Shown here one piece after another: positions 11,971-25,600 of a stretch of DNA of 39,346 nt. The notes below the pieces were generated by a model. The model searched no databases, was not told where the DNA came from, and saw only the letters and a program-made list of their open reading frames with translations. Source of the stretch: Tubiluchus corallicola (lineage: Eukaryota > Animalia > Priapulida); the NCBI GenBank assembly GCA_030141605.1, contig JAQGDQ010001156.1, positions 1 to 39,346 on the forward strand, in the 5' to 3' direction. Positions within the stretch are counted from its first letter, which is position 1, and the number at the start of each line of letters is the position of its first letter. Position numbers and translations under genes: made by a program.

Positions 11971-12515
11971 GGACGAACCCTGCCTTTGTTATTAGTTAAT
12001 TGGTTAGTGGCCAGACTCAAGCTGCATGCTTTTGTGTAAATTCAGTGATAGTATGAACAGAATTTTAGAATTTCTATTTACAGTCTTGCTTTTGGCATAA
12101 AAGTTTCTACTGGCAGTAACTGCAAGCTTAAATATGCAAAACTTTGTGTTAAATGCATTTCGTTTTCTAGCCAAACAAAAACCCTCGTTTTGTCAAAAAA
12201 ATAGTGTTGAATAGAATAATTTTTCTTTTGTGATCAGCACAACATTATCCCATAATGAAACAAAACGCTCTGTTTATCTGAGTTCACTCAGTGTAATTGC
12301 ATTTCTTGACTGAAAACAGCTGAAATTTTGCCATGTGACTTGGCGCTTTATCCGTATTTCTTTACCGAACATTTTGCTGTTTTTGCTGCAAGAACTTAGC
12401 AAAGCTTATCTATAATAAATCATACGCAGAAATCTGGGAAATCACGTGTAAATACATCTGTTAGGTGTTCACCAAAAACAGTAAAACACGTTTAGCAGGC
12501 GTCCGGAATTCACTA

Positions 12516-12681
12516 CGGTCAAACCTTGTTATAACACCTTTGTAATGCCAACCTCGCTTAATGTCCAAATTTTTGGCAAAGATAATGTCTATATTTGCAT
12601 AGCCACGTATGTATTAATGCATCTCGTTATAACGCTAACTCAGTAAAATGCCAAGGTGGGCGTTATGAAGATGTTTGACTG
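12516..12681. mobile_element. Tc1/pogo (Tigger)-like short MITE
   Basis: TA|CGGTCAAACCTTGTTATAAC...GTTATGAAGATGTTTGACTG|TA: imperfect TIRs with TA flanks. Confidence 0.6.
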
Positions 12682-12841
12682 TATGATGTAATCAAGTTGA
12701 GTATAGACAAATCTTATAGGAATTGTTTTAGAAAAAAGAACTCGGTAATGCAGGTTTGATAAATGAGTTCATTGAGAATGTAAGGTTTTTTATGCAAAAA
12801 ATGCAATAAAGCATTCTGGATGTCCGGTAAATGCCGCTTAA

Positions 12842-13413
12842 TGGCACGTTCAGACGTAGACTTCTCTTGCAATGTCTCTGAGAGTAAAGTTCCAAGGTGT
12901 GAATGTCTTGGCAACTTCTCTCGCAACTTAATGTGCAACTTCTCTCTGAGAGTAAAGTTGCAATGTGTGAACGTCTTGGCAACTTCTCTCGCAACTTGTT
13001 GCAACGTATGAACGGTTTGGCAACTTCTCTCGCAACTTGTTGTGCAATTTCTCTCTGAGAGTAAAGTTGCAATATGTGAACGTCTTGGCAACTTCTCTCG
13101 CAACTTGTTGTGCAATTTCTCTGTGAGAGTACAGTTGCAATGTGTGAACGTCTTGGCAACTTCTCTTGCAACTTGTTGTACAACTTCTCTGTGAGAGTAC
13201 AGTTGCAATGTGTGAACGTCTTGGCAACTTCTTTTGCAACTTGTTGTACAACTTCTCTGTGAGAGTACAGTTGCAATGTGAGAACGTCTTGGTGACTTCT
13301 CTCACAACTTTTTGCAACGTGCGACTAGTTTGTCAACTTCTCTCTCAACTTGTTGCAACGTGTAAATGGTTTGGCAACTTCTCTCGCAACCTGTTGTAAC
13401 GTCTGAATGCACT
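12842..13413. mobile_element. TIR element (PIF/Harbinger-like MITE) filled with a 68-bp tandem repeat
   Basis: Ends GGCACGTTCAGACGT...ACGTCTGAATGCAC. GAGAGT recurs at 13125, 13193 and 13261 (period 68). Units are built from GCAACTT/AAGTTGC sub-repeats. Confidence 0.65.
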
Positions 13414-13666
13414 ATAAGTTGACTAGTAGTGATCATTGATTTTCATACTTGGCTGCCGTTCATACCTGAGTTGTTCTTATCTGATAGAGAATTTTGCATG
13501 TTACACTCGAAATAGTAAAAATCATATGTAAATAATGTTGACGTTGACATTGTTGTTACGAAATGATGGTCATGTAGACTTAATCATACAAGTTTAGATA
13601 ATAAAAACTAAACATAATTATATTAAGAACACTAGTAAAAATTGACATTACTAATTTTGTTAGGCA

Positions 13667-13698
<32 letters not shown>

Positions 13699-14620
13699 AC
13701 TTTTGTTTGTTCAACTATGTACATTATAATTGTTACGAGTGTATACTTAGTGCAAGCAATTACGACAGGCCTAGCTTCAGGTATCAGACCTAGTAACACA
13801 CTATAACTAAAAAAGGTGAAATTTCAAATTTTAGTTTTTGCAGTAGTAATAGTGAATTTTCTTAATAGATAAGTTTATAATATTAAAGCAGAAAGTAGTT
13901 AAGTGGTGTATTATTAATTTCTCGATGGACGTGTCTTCGGTTTTCCGTTTTCAGCTTATCTCAGTATTTGCAAAAATGTGAACTTAAAAGTATGAAGTTA
14001 CGAATAAACAATCATTGTCAGGTTCTACTTTGTTGCAAAATGTAACAAATTTTGAAAATTACGTGAATATGATTATAGCATTATGTAAGACACGAAAAAT
14101 CTGTAACAAAGTGAACTTTTCAAGAATAGGTAGACTTACTTGTAAGACCATAAATTACAATTCTCAGAAATAGTTTTGAAATGTAATGTGACCTGCCTCA
14201 CTTTCTAAACTCATTACTGCATCTTTATAATTGAGCACGTTGGAATATGATGACAATAGAATTTCGTACACGACTTGTAGATGCTGTAAAACTTGTTTTA
14301 TTGAATAAATTACTATAATTTTATTACCACATTTCATTTTCTTTGTTCTTTTTTACATCGATTTTTCATTTTTAAAAACACTATTATAATGCGTCTCTGC
14401 GTCAGTTTGGGTAACAAAACGTCTGCAAAGGCGAGCGACACGAAAATTTTATAAAGTGACAAGTTCTTTCAAACTTCAAAGTTTCAGTGGCGTGCAGTAA
14501 AAACGTGCACTGAAAAAAAACTAAATAAAAAAATCTGAAGGCAGGACAAAGAAAATAATCCATCTAGCTATACGTCAGTATTAAATAATGGAAATAACCA
14601 CGTGATATGCGTACAAGCAA

Positions 14621-14940
14621 TCATCATCATCATACGCCCGTTACGTCTATTGTAGACATTGGGCAGGCAGAATTCTAAAATAAAAGAAATCTGCCTTTGG
14701 ACAGGTAAACGCAGCAGTAATCCAGCAAAAAAACTAGACACTGCTACGCCAGTGGCTCGTCAGCACCACTTCCGTTGAAACAAGCAATAAATTAAGCAGC
14801 CGCATGTGTAATCCGGTAAGCGAAACCTCCGTATGAATTTCTTTTTTTTTCACTCGTTCAGGGTATTGCCAGCAGCGATTTAGCCACGCCTTCAAGCGCT
14901 GTGTCGAGAAACTTGCGCTTCTTTAGCCCTTGCGCTAAAC
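14621..14940 (-). mobile_element. Probable tRNA-headed SINE with RTE-type 3' hairpin and (TGA)n tail
   Basis: The minus strand starts with A-box-like TAGCGCAAGGGCTAAAGAAGCGC and ends GCCCAATGTCTACAATAGACGTAACGGGCGTA(TGA)n. The 17-mer ATGTCTACAATAGACGT is identical to the hairpin in the RTE-tail repeat at 33.9-35.2 kb. Confidence 0.5.
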
Positions 14941-15558
14941 GTATATAATATACTGAAATACGAGTTGTATAATGTAACGTTAATGAAGAGTAGCCGCAAT
15001 AGAGTTTTTTAAATCTATTAGGTCATGAGAAAAACTTGCAAGTACGTTATATGTTTACTTTTATAAATTAAAATCACTCATGTTTTTTGAAATAATTAGA
15101 GGGTAGGCAGAGCATGTGTTGCTGTGTGGACTTTAACAAAAACCAAAATTTATACTTGCCCATCTTTTAGTTTTTCCACATTGGAGAAATTTGCATTCAA
15201 TGCAAATTGATTTATTGTGTTATAATGGTGTATTCAATCGATTCGCAGATTGATTTTCAGTGATATCCGTCTAATAGATGTAAATAAGTAAGTAAAACTG
15301 ATCAGTTAGTCAAATATTATGGAAAAATTGGGAACTTCTGTTTAGAAGTTTGGTTATTATTGCATACCAACAGACTTCTTTTGTTTGGTAAGACAACATT
15401 TCTGTTCAGTGTAGATGAAGCCACTTGTTCTTCATCGTTATTTACATAAAATTTTCAGCTTTTACTGTTTTGGACATCTGAAATCTTACACTAACATATA
15501 AATTATTAAAACATTGATGTGACTGGAAAACCCTTCTTCAGTTTCGTATATTCAAAAA

Positions 15559-16160
15559 AAGAGGCGTACCAAGATGGGGCAATCGCCTCCGGGCGCGACT
15601 GTTAATTATTAATTACAGATTTCACAATGCAGATTATAGTAATAAAACAATTGACAAAAGTTTTTAAACTACAACAAAATTGCCTAGTCAGAGATCATCG
15701 TAGCCGACTTAATTACTACATACAGCCTAGAAAAAAAGGCTTAATGTTGTTACTTAATGGTGTGTGTAGGGTATTGTGTGACTTAGCAGATCAATAATTT
15801 TGGAAGAAACAGAGGCGTTTCTCTAAATACCGATTCTATTATTGTGAAAACCTGTAGTGTTCTGTATTTTTCTTAATCTTTGCATGTTTTAATGCTGGAG
15901 CTGAATGTTTAAGGGCTGACGTGTTACGAGCAACGCGTAGAAAAGAGTTACTCTGCTGCAAATCACAAATCAAACTCAAGGCGATTCTTAGAAAAAAATT
16001 GTTTATCTTTAACTTGTCATGTTGAAAAAGTAAAGTCGGGCTCAGGGACACAAAAAAAATGTGCACAGTTTGTGGCTCCACCTACGAAACAAATGATCAA
16101 AACATTGAAAGGCTAGGGCACCAGAACCCCCGTGCGGCAAAAGCACTTGCTACACCACTA
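15559..16160. mobile_element. hAT-like MITE (CAGTGGCGTA-type ends)
   Basis: Left end GAGGCGTACCAAGATGGGGCAATCGCCTCCGGGCGC, right end GCTACACCACTA. The last ~220 bp are homologous to 19649-19878. Confidence 0.55.
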
Positions 16161-16440
16161 TTCACAAAAATACTTCATTTTCATAATTAAAGACTTTGCC
16201 AGTTTAACATTAACACTGAATAAATTAAACACCAAAAAATTCAATTCTTGGTAAATATTAAATAAAGCTAATACTTTATTATAAAAAAACAATTTCAGAA
16301 AAATGATTTTGGCATGTAATATGATTCTAACCTTTCGTAACTTATTCTTTAACACATCCACAGTGCATTTCACAGTGAAAAAAACCAACAATGTAGATTA
16401 AATAATTTTAAATGTACAACACTTCTATATAATCTATATA

Positions 16441-16601
16441 TTAATTTTCATTTCTATTATTATCGTTTTTCTCTCCTATAGTACCGAGTGCTTCACCCAT
16501 TTTAACTCTATCTCCGCTTCGCTTTAGAAATTTGAAGTCATCCGGGGCTTCAAAAACGAGTACGATAGTTGAACCCAAATTGAATTCTCCAAACAGGTCA
16601 C
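16441..16601 (-). CDS. PISD: PISD exon 8 (LGST pyruvoyl-forming cleavage motif, stop codon)
   Basis: TTTTCAG acceptor; [20 protein letters not shown]...VKMGEALG; TAA at 16443-16441. AATAAA on the minus strand near 16275-16280. Confidence 0.95.
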
Positions 16602-19600
16602 CTGAAAAGTGAAAACAGTTAATAGAATTAAGAAAAGCTTTCATTTTCATAACCATTATCATTTGTATTGTCTAAGGTAAGATCAAATACGTCTAAAACT
16701 GGTGGATAGCTGTACAGCAGATTTTATAGCTCAGAAAACCCGTGGGGGGCAAATTATCTGTTAGGGTCAGATTAAGGCCTCAAGAGACCATAATTAGCAC
16801 AAGAAAATCCTCCACTTACATCAAGCTTAATAAATTCGTCTTGAAATTTTTTGTACCACTTACGTACTGCTTTTGGGCATATACATGTGGGAAATGGTCT
16901 TGGGAAACCTATATATATTATATATATATATATGTTTATTGACTGATTAAGAGATAGTCGAACATGGTTCAGTCCATAGATCACTACAAAAAAGGACTTT
17001 TGATCATATAACATGATCATTCCTGTCAAAAAAAAAATAACTGAAGAATTATTTACAAATTCTCACTACACACTTATTATCGCCTAACATGATTATAGGA
17101 CTTGCATCAGCAGTCACACTGTATAAAACCTGTGAATTTAATCTCCCGCGATGACCGTTAGTTGCAGCCATTTTTAGGATAAGTTATTTGAAACAAGTTT
17201 AGATAACATTGTGTAAAATTTGAAAAAATAACAGAGCACTCAAAGTGCACATGTCACTAATTATATAAAATCTTAAATTACTATATTTAGTCAATAAGAT
17301 TAAAAATACGTTTTTTGGTTAGTGAATGGTGCACCCTGGAGGTGAGTCAATGATATTTTACCAATTGGTGAAAACATTTTAAATAATTAACAATTTTCTT
17401 TTCTAGTTACATAAGTTTTTCCAGCAGGTAAGCAAAATCCTAAGTAACATAACTTCGCATGGATATGTTACGACCGAGTGTTTGCCATCTCGACGCTCGA
17501 TAAAAGGGACTTTTCATGCACTTTGAACATTATACATTGCTCTATGACACAATGATACAATATCATTATCATATGAACTCATTATAATAATTTGTGCAAG
17601 TTCAGCATTAGTCGGAGTAAAATTTTCCGTTTCAAAGGTGAACTGTCAGCGTCAGCAACTGTCAAACAAATCAGTGCGTTTTGATTGGTTTACGATAAAA
17701 GCTGCAAATGTAGTACGTTAGTATCACTCCTATGTAAATTTGTCTTATCAATAGACACTAGAATGAGTACACTAGATTGTATGACATCGGCAATTGTATT
17801 AGCTATCATAATATTTGTTTAGGGGGTTAAACTAGGTGACCTAGGCAAATGTTGACTTGTAATCATAGTAAAAATGTTATCAACATTTTACATACGCAGA
17901 AAAATTTCCAGTAGTGAACAAAAATACCCAAAAGCCATAACATTTTTTTAATAACATAACATAGCACAACACACCACAATATAAACATAACATAACATAG
18001 CACAACACAGCACAATATAAACAACATAACATAGCACAACACAACGTAATATTAATATAACATAACATAACATAGCACAGCACAACACAATATAAACATA
18101 ACATAACATACCTCAACACAAGACAATATAAAGAACATGACATAGAACAACACAATGCAATATTAACATAACATGCAATATTAACATAACATAACATAAC
18201 ATAGCACAGCACACCACAATATAAACATAACATAACATAGCACAACACAACACAATATAAACAACATAACATAGCACAACACAATGCAATATTAACAAAA
18301 CATAACATAGCACAACACAACACAACACAATATAAACATAACATAACATAGCACAACACAATATAAACGTAATGTAGCAATGTATCATAACTTACCGTAG
18401 CAATAATTCAGGGTGGGATTATGACCTTTTGGGGTCCCTAGGCTAATGAAATTACGGGGCCCCTCAGACGGAGCCACCCACTAATTCGCCCGAACCAGAC
18501 TTGAATACTTTTTACTTCTGATATATTTTTGACAAGATTTACATAGTTTGGGGTAGCAAATTTTCTAAATACACTAAGATATCATTTAATTCTCAAATAA
18601 AAAAAAATTCTTTAAGAAATACCACTATTTTACTATTTATTGCAAAGCCAATTAGCACATATTTCAACACAACTGTAGTACCAAATGCTACGAAAGCTTG
18701 AGGGCTCCCTAAGCTACAGTACATACTAGCCTATAGTATAATTAGGCACTACCTAACATAATATAACATAATGTAATGTAACATAACGTAACGTAACTCA
18801 ACAAAACATATCCTAACTTAAAGGACAAGAAAAGGGGTACCTGAAATAGGTTTCAGAAAAATTGCCTTAAAAATTATATTACTTTACGGCCATTTTATGC
18901 ATATATCGCACTCGCGTTGAAAAGAATTTTTGTTTGTTTTCCATTTAAATCTCCCGCAATATTGTTCAGACGGTGCCATTGCATGACGTCACTACGCAAA
19001 CATAAATCAGGGCAGAAAGGGAAATGTTAAATTATGTCCCAAAATACTTTCCATGTAAATTTGTACTATTTTAGCAATTCACTTACCTCTGGAAAGACTT
19101 ATGTAACTAGTAATAATAATTTAAAATGTTCGTGACAATTAGTAAAATGTCGCTGGTTCACCCTCCAGGGTGCGCCACTCACTAACCAAAAACGTATTTT
19201 TAATCTTATTGACAAGATACCGTATTTAAAACTTTACTCAGTTAGTGACATGTGCGCTACGAATGCTCTGATTATTTTTTCAAATTTTACATAATGTTAA
19301 CTAAACATGTTTCAAATGAGCTGTCATCAAAATGGCTGCCTCTAATGGTCATCGCGGGAGTTTAAATTTACAAGTTTTATACATTGTTACTGCCGACGCA
19401 AGCCTTGTATGCAAAAAGGCAATACGTAAGTCGTATAGAATTTTCTTACATTAAGATTTTTAAGACGAATTTTTCCAGCTTGATGTAACTGGAGAGTATT
19501 CTGGTGCTTTAATATCTTAAACTTTATTAAGATAAATAATAAGCTTTATTTATCTTAACACAGTTTGCAGACGTGCACTACATATAACTGTTTACATTAT

Positions 19601-22600
19601 GAAGAACAGACAGCGAAAGGTCAAGTGCCACCTATTCGGTTTTTCATAGAAAAGAGTTACTCTGCTGCAGTACCGCAAAGCAAACTCGGGGTGATTCTTG
19701 GGAAAAAATTATTTATATTTTTTTGTCACGATGTCCAAAAACGAGTCGGGCTCAGGGACGCAAAAAATGCACACAACTTGTGGCGTCACCTACGAAACAA
19801 ATGATCAAAACATTAAAAGGGTAGGGCGCCAGAATATTTTTTGCCCCCAGAGCGCCACAATCACTTGCTATGCCACTGTTGCAACTGTCAATTTCTGCAA
19901 GTCACATGCTCACTTTCAAAACGAGAGATATAATTACAAAAAAATATTTGTAGCTGACAGAACAGAAGTCTGAAATCAGAACATCCTGCTTTATAACTTA
20001 CTGCTACATTACCTTTTCTGTATGGCACACCACAAAAATCAGAGCGAGTTTCTCGGAAATCCTTATCATAGTAAGTACCAGCAGTCCATCGTTTATGATT
20101 AGTACATAGATCCTGTGAAACAAATACATTTTTCATTGCTTATGTGAATGTTAATAATTTATCAGACACACTGATGCTGCAGTTTGACACAACAACATAT
20201 TTTATTATATGGTGTCACTTGCAGGATAAGGCAGTAATTAATGTTACACGGTTGTACAGGTTTCTAAGACAAGGACCTTTGACGTTTGACCTTTCCACGA
20301 TCATCATCCATCGCTGGAACTGTGGTTGGTTGGCATCCTTCTGTCTCGGAAGTCAATGGAGTGTGCGCCAACAGAGTCAGTTATTGATCACATTGATGGA
20401 GCTGCAGCGTCGACTGTGGCTGAGCAGTGCGATCCTTGAACGTCTCCAGGGCGCACGCCTGGACAAGGTGTATGGAGATCCTGAGTTGCCCAGACAACAG
20501 GAACCCCCTCTCTTCCTCCCTGGTGTAGTCCAAAGGAAAGCGGAGCGATACGTTTGGCACCAGGTTGGCTGCAGGAGCTGCCGGAGTCAGTGAGCATGTT
20601 GCACTGGTCCGCCTTCGGGGCTCCACTCCTGATTTGGAAGGTTTACTCCTCTACACATGGCCATTGGGTCACTTGACCTCCTCTAGCCATTGGCTGCTTG
20701 TGCAGCTCCTCCGCCTATTGTCGAGATACAGTGTGGGCATCCCGTCAGCCTACAGCACCTGTATTCATAGGCGGTCACCCATCCAAGTACTAACCAGGCT
20801 CTGCGTTGCTTAACTTCAGTGATCAGACGAGAACCGGTGTTTTCAACGTGATATGGCTGTAGACAAAGGCTTATTAATACACCGCTAAATCACCTATTCC
20901 ATTGTAATATGCATTTTGTAATGTTTTTTTTTGCATTGTGCCCTGGGGAGGATCTCTGTATCAGCTGAATTGTTTTGACTCAAGCCAAATAAAAATATGC
21001 TTAAAATAAACAACGTACATTTAGCCAAGCTTTAACATACAGGGAAATTATGAAAAGCATAATTTAGCGGTCACTTCCTTGGGTAGTTTAATAAACACCA
21101 ACATTGACCATGACATGGAGAATGTTTATAATAGATTGCTTAAACAGACTGTGTATAGTACGATTCTGTACACAAACCACAAAGGGCAGTTGCTGATCCA
21201 CTTACAGCAGAGATTGACAACATTTCTGAACGGGACGTGTAGCTGTACTTATACTGACATTTGGTGTCTATGGCAAATATTAATTCTGGTGTGATTCTTC
21301 CTGAGGTTCTGCTTTTGTTTGCTTTAGCACTCCCTCTGACAGTATACGTGTGCGTTGGTGGTGTTGTCAACTTTACTCCTTTTGCACAGTCGTTTGCTTC
21401 ATTTCAATTTCTTCCTTTTTGCCTTGTAGGCGTCATTCAAGTAATATAGTGTTATCAACTTCACTCCTTTTGCACAGTCGTTTGCTTCATTTCAATTTCT
21501 TCATCTTTGCCTTGTAGGCGTCACTCAAGTAATATAGTGTTATCAACTTCACTCCTTTTGCACAGTTGTTTGCTTCATTTCAATTTCTTCATTTTTGCCT
21601 TGTAGGCGTCATTCAAGTAATATAGTGTTATCAACTTCACTCCTTTTGCACAGTCGTTTGCTTCATTTCAAATTCTTCATTTTTGCCTTGTAGGCGTCAT
21701 TCAAGTAATATAGTGTTATCAACTTCACTCCTTTTGCACAGTTGTTTGCTCCATTTCAATTTCTTCATTTTTACCTTGCACCATGTAATCATTCATGATA
21801 ACTTCGTTATGTTGCGAGTTATAATAAAGTTTGTTAAATTTATTCTTGTCGTCTTGGTGTTTTTGAGACAGAGGTGGTACATTCTTTTAGTTAATGGCAC
21901 TGTGTAAGCTGACATAATGTTATTAATGGTATGTGTGTGCTTGCACAGCGAAATCATGCGTAAGCCATGATTTCTAATTAAGTTTTTCTAATTTTTTAAT
22001 TTGTCTAAGGTAAGCAAATGCATCTTATGTATAATTTTGCATTTATAAAAATCCAATTGTGCAAAGAGCAGAAACTTACAAAAATTATCAAATATAACGT
22101 GATCACTGTTTAGTGAGAGAAGTTTTACATGAACCCACGCAAAATGCAGCAAACTGTTACAGTCCTGAATGCATTAAACTATTAATATCAAGACATGTAG
22201 CAAATGAACCCTCAACTAGCCTCTCTTCCTAAAAATATTAACTCAACATTTTTACAATCACATTATCCAAAAGTAAAACTTACAGTATCACAGAGTACTT
22301 TGATTGATCCCACATTGGTTGCACCCACCGCAGTCATTGAGAAAAATCCATGTTTCCACTGTCCGCTTAGAACAACTCTTTCATTATAGTTAAACAGGCC
22401 AGCAATCCAGCGTGCTATACCTGGATTTACACTGAACAATTCTCCTATGTAAAAACACATCAATGTTTAAAGCACAAGAAAACACTCTTCATAAATAAAC
22501 CCTAAAAAACTGCTTTGAAATTTCATACCAATTGCATACAGTGCTTGTGTTGGCAGTAACACTGTATAAAACTTGAAAATTTAAATATCAGCATTCGACA

Positions 22601-25600
22601 TAGTTTAAGTTCACTTGTAACAAGTTTGTAATAAGTTTGTAACAAGTTTGTAATAAGCTTGTAACAACTTTGTAACAAGTTTGTAATAACTTTGTAACAA
22701 GTTTGTAATAGCCATTTAGATAACATTTTGCAAAGTTTGAAAACACTAATCAGGGAATTTGCAGCACACAGTTAACTAACTAAGCAAAAGTTTAAATAAT
22801 TCTGCTTTGCCAGTAAGATTAAAAATAGGTTTTTCGCGAAACAGAGTTGCACACTGGGAAGGTGAGACAGCGACATTTTAAAAACTTGGCATAAACATTT
22901 TACATTACTAAAAATTTTCTTTTCTAGTTACAAAAGTTTCTCAAGTAGGTAAGTATAATGCTAAGTAACATACTTTGTGTGGTAAGTTTTTTTTGGGACA
23001 GCCTTTGAAATTGGCTTTCCTTCCCCTTTGAGCTTACACTGTCTGATTATTACAACTTATAATAGGCATAATTTTTTGAAAAGCAATGCACCGTAGGACC
23101 GTAAGAGATTCCTCACTAAATTTAAATGCTATAATGGGATAGCCTGTAAGTAGCTTTCGCGTTTCTCTTCACTTACAAAAACAAGTGAACGTATGAGAAC
23201 TGTACTGGAATTAAAAGCATTAGAAAGCAAACAATGGTAAATTGTAAGGTTAACATTTCTACAGCTGTATCTTTTACACTGTGAGAATCGAGGGTAGAAG
23301 ATAAGTTGTCAAAGCACAGTAGTACACTGACAGTAAAGACACAAACTTCTATTTTTTTGACAATGGAGCCAGAATTAAAAAAAGCAAAAACACACAAAAC
23401 TTCACACAAACATAGCCTTTTTTAGGAAAAAAATGTAAATGGTTATTAACAAAAACAAACCCAGAAAGCTGTAATTCCTACGGCAGAACTACATGCAACA
23501 CAGCTGCCTGTAAACTATTCGTCAGCAACATTTTAAATTTCTAGAAAAACCTGGAAAAGTGTTTAACAAAACAAACAACAAAACATTTCACACATTACAT
23601 GCCTCTGCCGAAGCCGCCAAAATGAAGGATGTGTTATTGTAAAGCAAAATCGTCCATAAGTCGGCAATTAAGTTTTTCTAGTTATTCTCATATCACGAAT
23701 CTCCATTTCCTGAGGAAAATGTTACCTTGAGAAAATCACTGTTAAAATTAGCCATTGTTTTATGTAGTGTCCCTACAAACACTTAGCAACCATGCGAATT
23801 GGTGGTTGCTATGGACTTCGCAAGAGCAAAATGAAGTTATGTTTAAATGCAGTAGATGGCTCTTCCTGACGAAGCTCTGGGCTTGGCAACAGAAAAAACC
23901 GGAAGCAAAATGACTGCTTCCGCAAGCTACTATCCGAGTATAAAAATAGGAGTTTTTTACAATTGCAGTACTAGTCCCTAAACAATACATTCAGTGTTTG
24001 TTTTTATACAAAACCAAAAGATGGACATTTGACGAAATTTTTGGTGCATTTTACTTCGAATCATCACAACGTAGTTTTAACTATGCCGACTTATGGACGG
24101 TTTTGGCTTGCATAACAAAATTTGTCTCTACTCAAATAAACAATCAAATTCATCGCAAGCAAGACAAGACCCACCTGGAAAATGTCGTCGGTGCATAAGT
24201 TGCCAAGTTGCCGGCGAATGAAAACAATGGTAGTCGCCAGGAGCGAGATATAACACACAATGATACAGCTGCGTACCAGAAACATTCTTGAAAAGCGACA
24301 TATGATGTAACTTTTCATCTACGGGATTTTCGCTTCCCACACCAAGAGTTAATGGGTCGCTATTGTGACGTCGGATAATCCGACTATCACTGATTTTCAG
24401 TGCATCAGGTAGACTATTGTGCCTTGTGATATGGTCATTCAGTTTATTATTAGAGTTCTGATCGACGGCACTCTCTACGTTCACATCCTCCGTCAAGTCT
24501 ACAGGCGGTCCTAGAAATTGTTGAAGTGAATACGTCACGCCTTTAACTTGTTCCACATAACCAGGTACATCTACTTTACCTAAATGCAATATTTGTCCAT
24601 CCACAGGGCTGACCTAAAGTACACAGGGGTGTATTTAGTGACAATTGGCAATGACAAGCTTGATTTTATATTAGGTCTATGAAATGAGACTTCTTCTCAT
24701 AGCTTTGTTGACTTTAGAATGAAAATTAAAAAAAAGGGAAGACTCTAACATCATAACACGTCTTAAAGAAAGACAGGATGATTTTTCATATACTACACCA
24801 TTTTCAAGTACGGCAAAAATGATACATTTTAACTTAATTAATACTGCAAAAGTGTTTCTGATAATTAAATAACAGATTAAACGCTTAGTTAATGGCAAGC
24901 GAGCTCAACTGTTGATGGCATCACAAACCAACACAATTTTCAACATCAAAACATTTCACGAGCGTGTTGCACGTGTTTGCGAAAGCGAAAACTGAAGTAT
25001 AGTGCTACTGTAAAATATTCGGTGTTGTACTAAAACTAGGCAAGTTTTAGGATAAAAATTCAAATTTCAAATTTACTGCTGTCTTCACGCATGAGCTGTC
25101 GAACGTGTGCAGTATGTCACAAATGAACATCTCTGAACTCAGAGGTATACGGCACCTGTTTTTATGCAACGCGTTTCCGAAATGCAGGCACTAGTACCCG
25201 CCTAACTAGTGAGTTTTAAAGAGTAGCCTGTTTCGACCTACAGATTGGGTAGAGTTTTGCTTGAATGAAAGTTCAAGACTTATTCTTGATTAACTGAAAA
25301 ACATCAGATTTTTTTACTTACTAGAATTGTAACATGATGTAAATCACATTTGAAAAATGTCCAAAGTTTTACCATTTTCAGAAAGAAATTTAATGAAAGT
25401 TTACTCACGAAGATTTTAATGCAGGTTTAACGAGAGCGTAAATAGAATCATATGTTGGCGTCGAATTTTTGAATAACAAAACATCACATTTTGAAAATTG
25501 ACATAAAGTCTGTCACTGAAATATTTTGCAGGGCTAAACGAGTGCAAATTCTGTATCCATAACTGCAACCAAAACCAGAATTATCCAGTTTATATCTACA

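Noticed and set aside
12714-13399. Overlapping repetitive ORFs
   Set aside because: Translations of the 68-bp array inside a MITE.
17880-18388. Cys-rich hydrophobic ORFs
   Set aside because: Translations of the pentamer repeat.
20144-20813. ORFs duplicated at 7037-7447
   Set aside because: Similarity comes from the SINE copies; frames and starts are not conserved between them.
7540-20864. Two 5S rRNA genes
   Set aside because: Both are diverged, run directly into a shared ~400-bp body without a proper oligo-T terminator, and one has a TSD. They are SINE heads.
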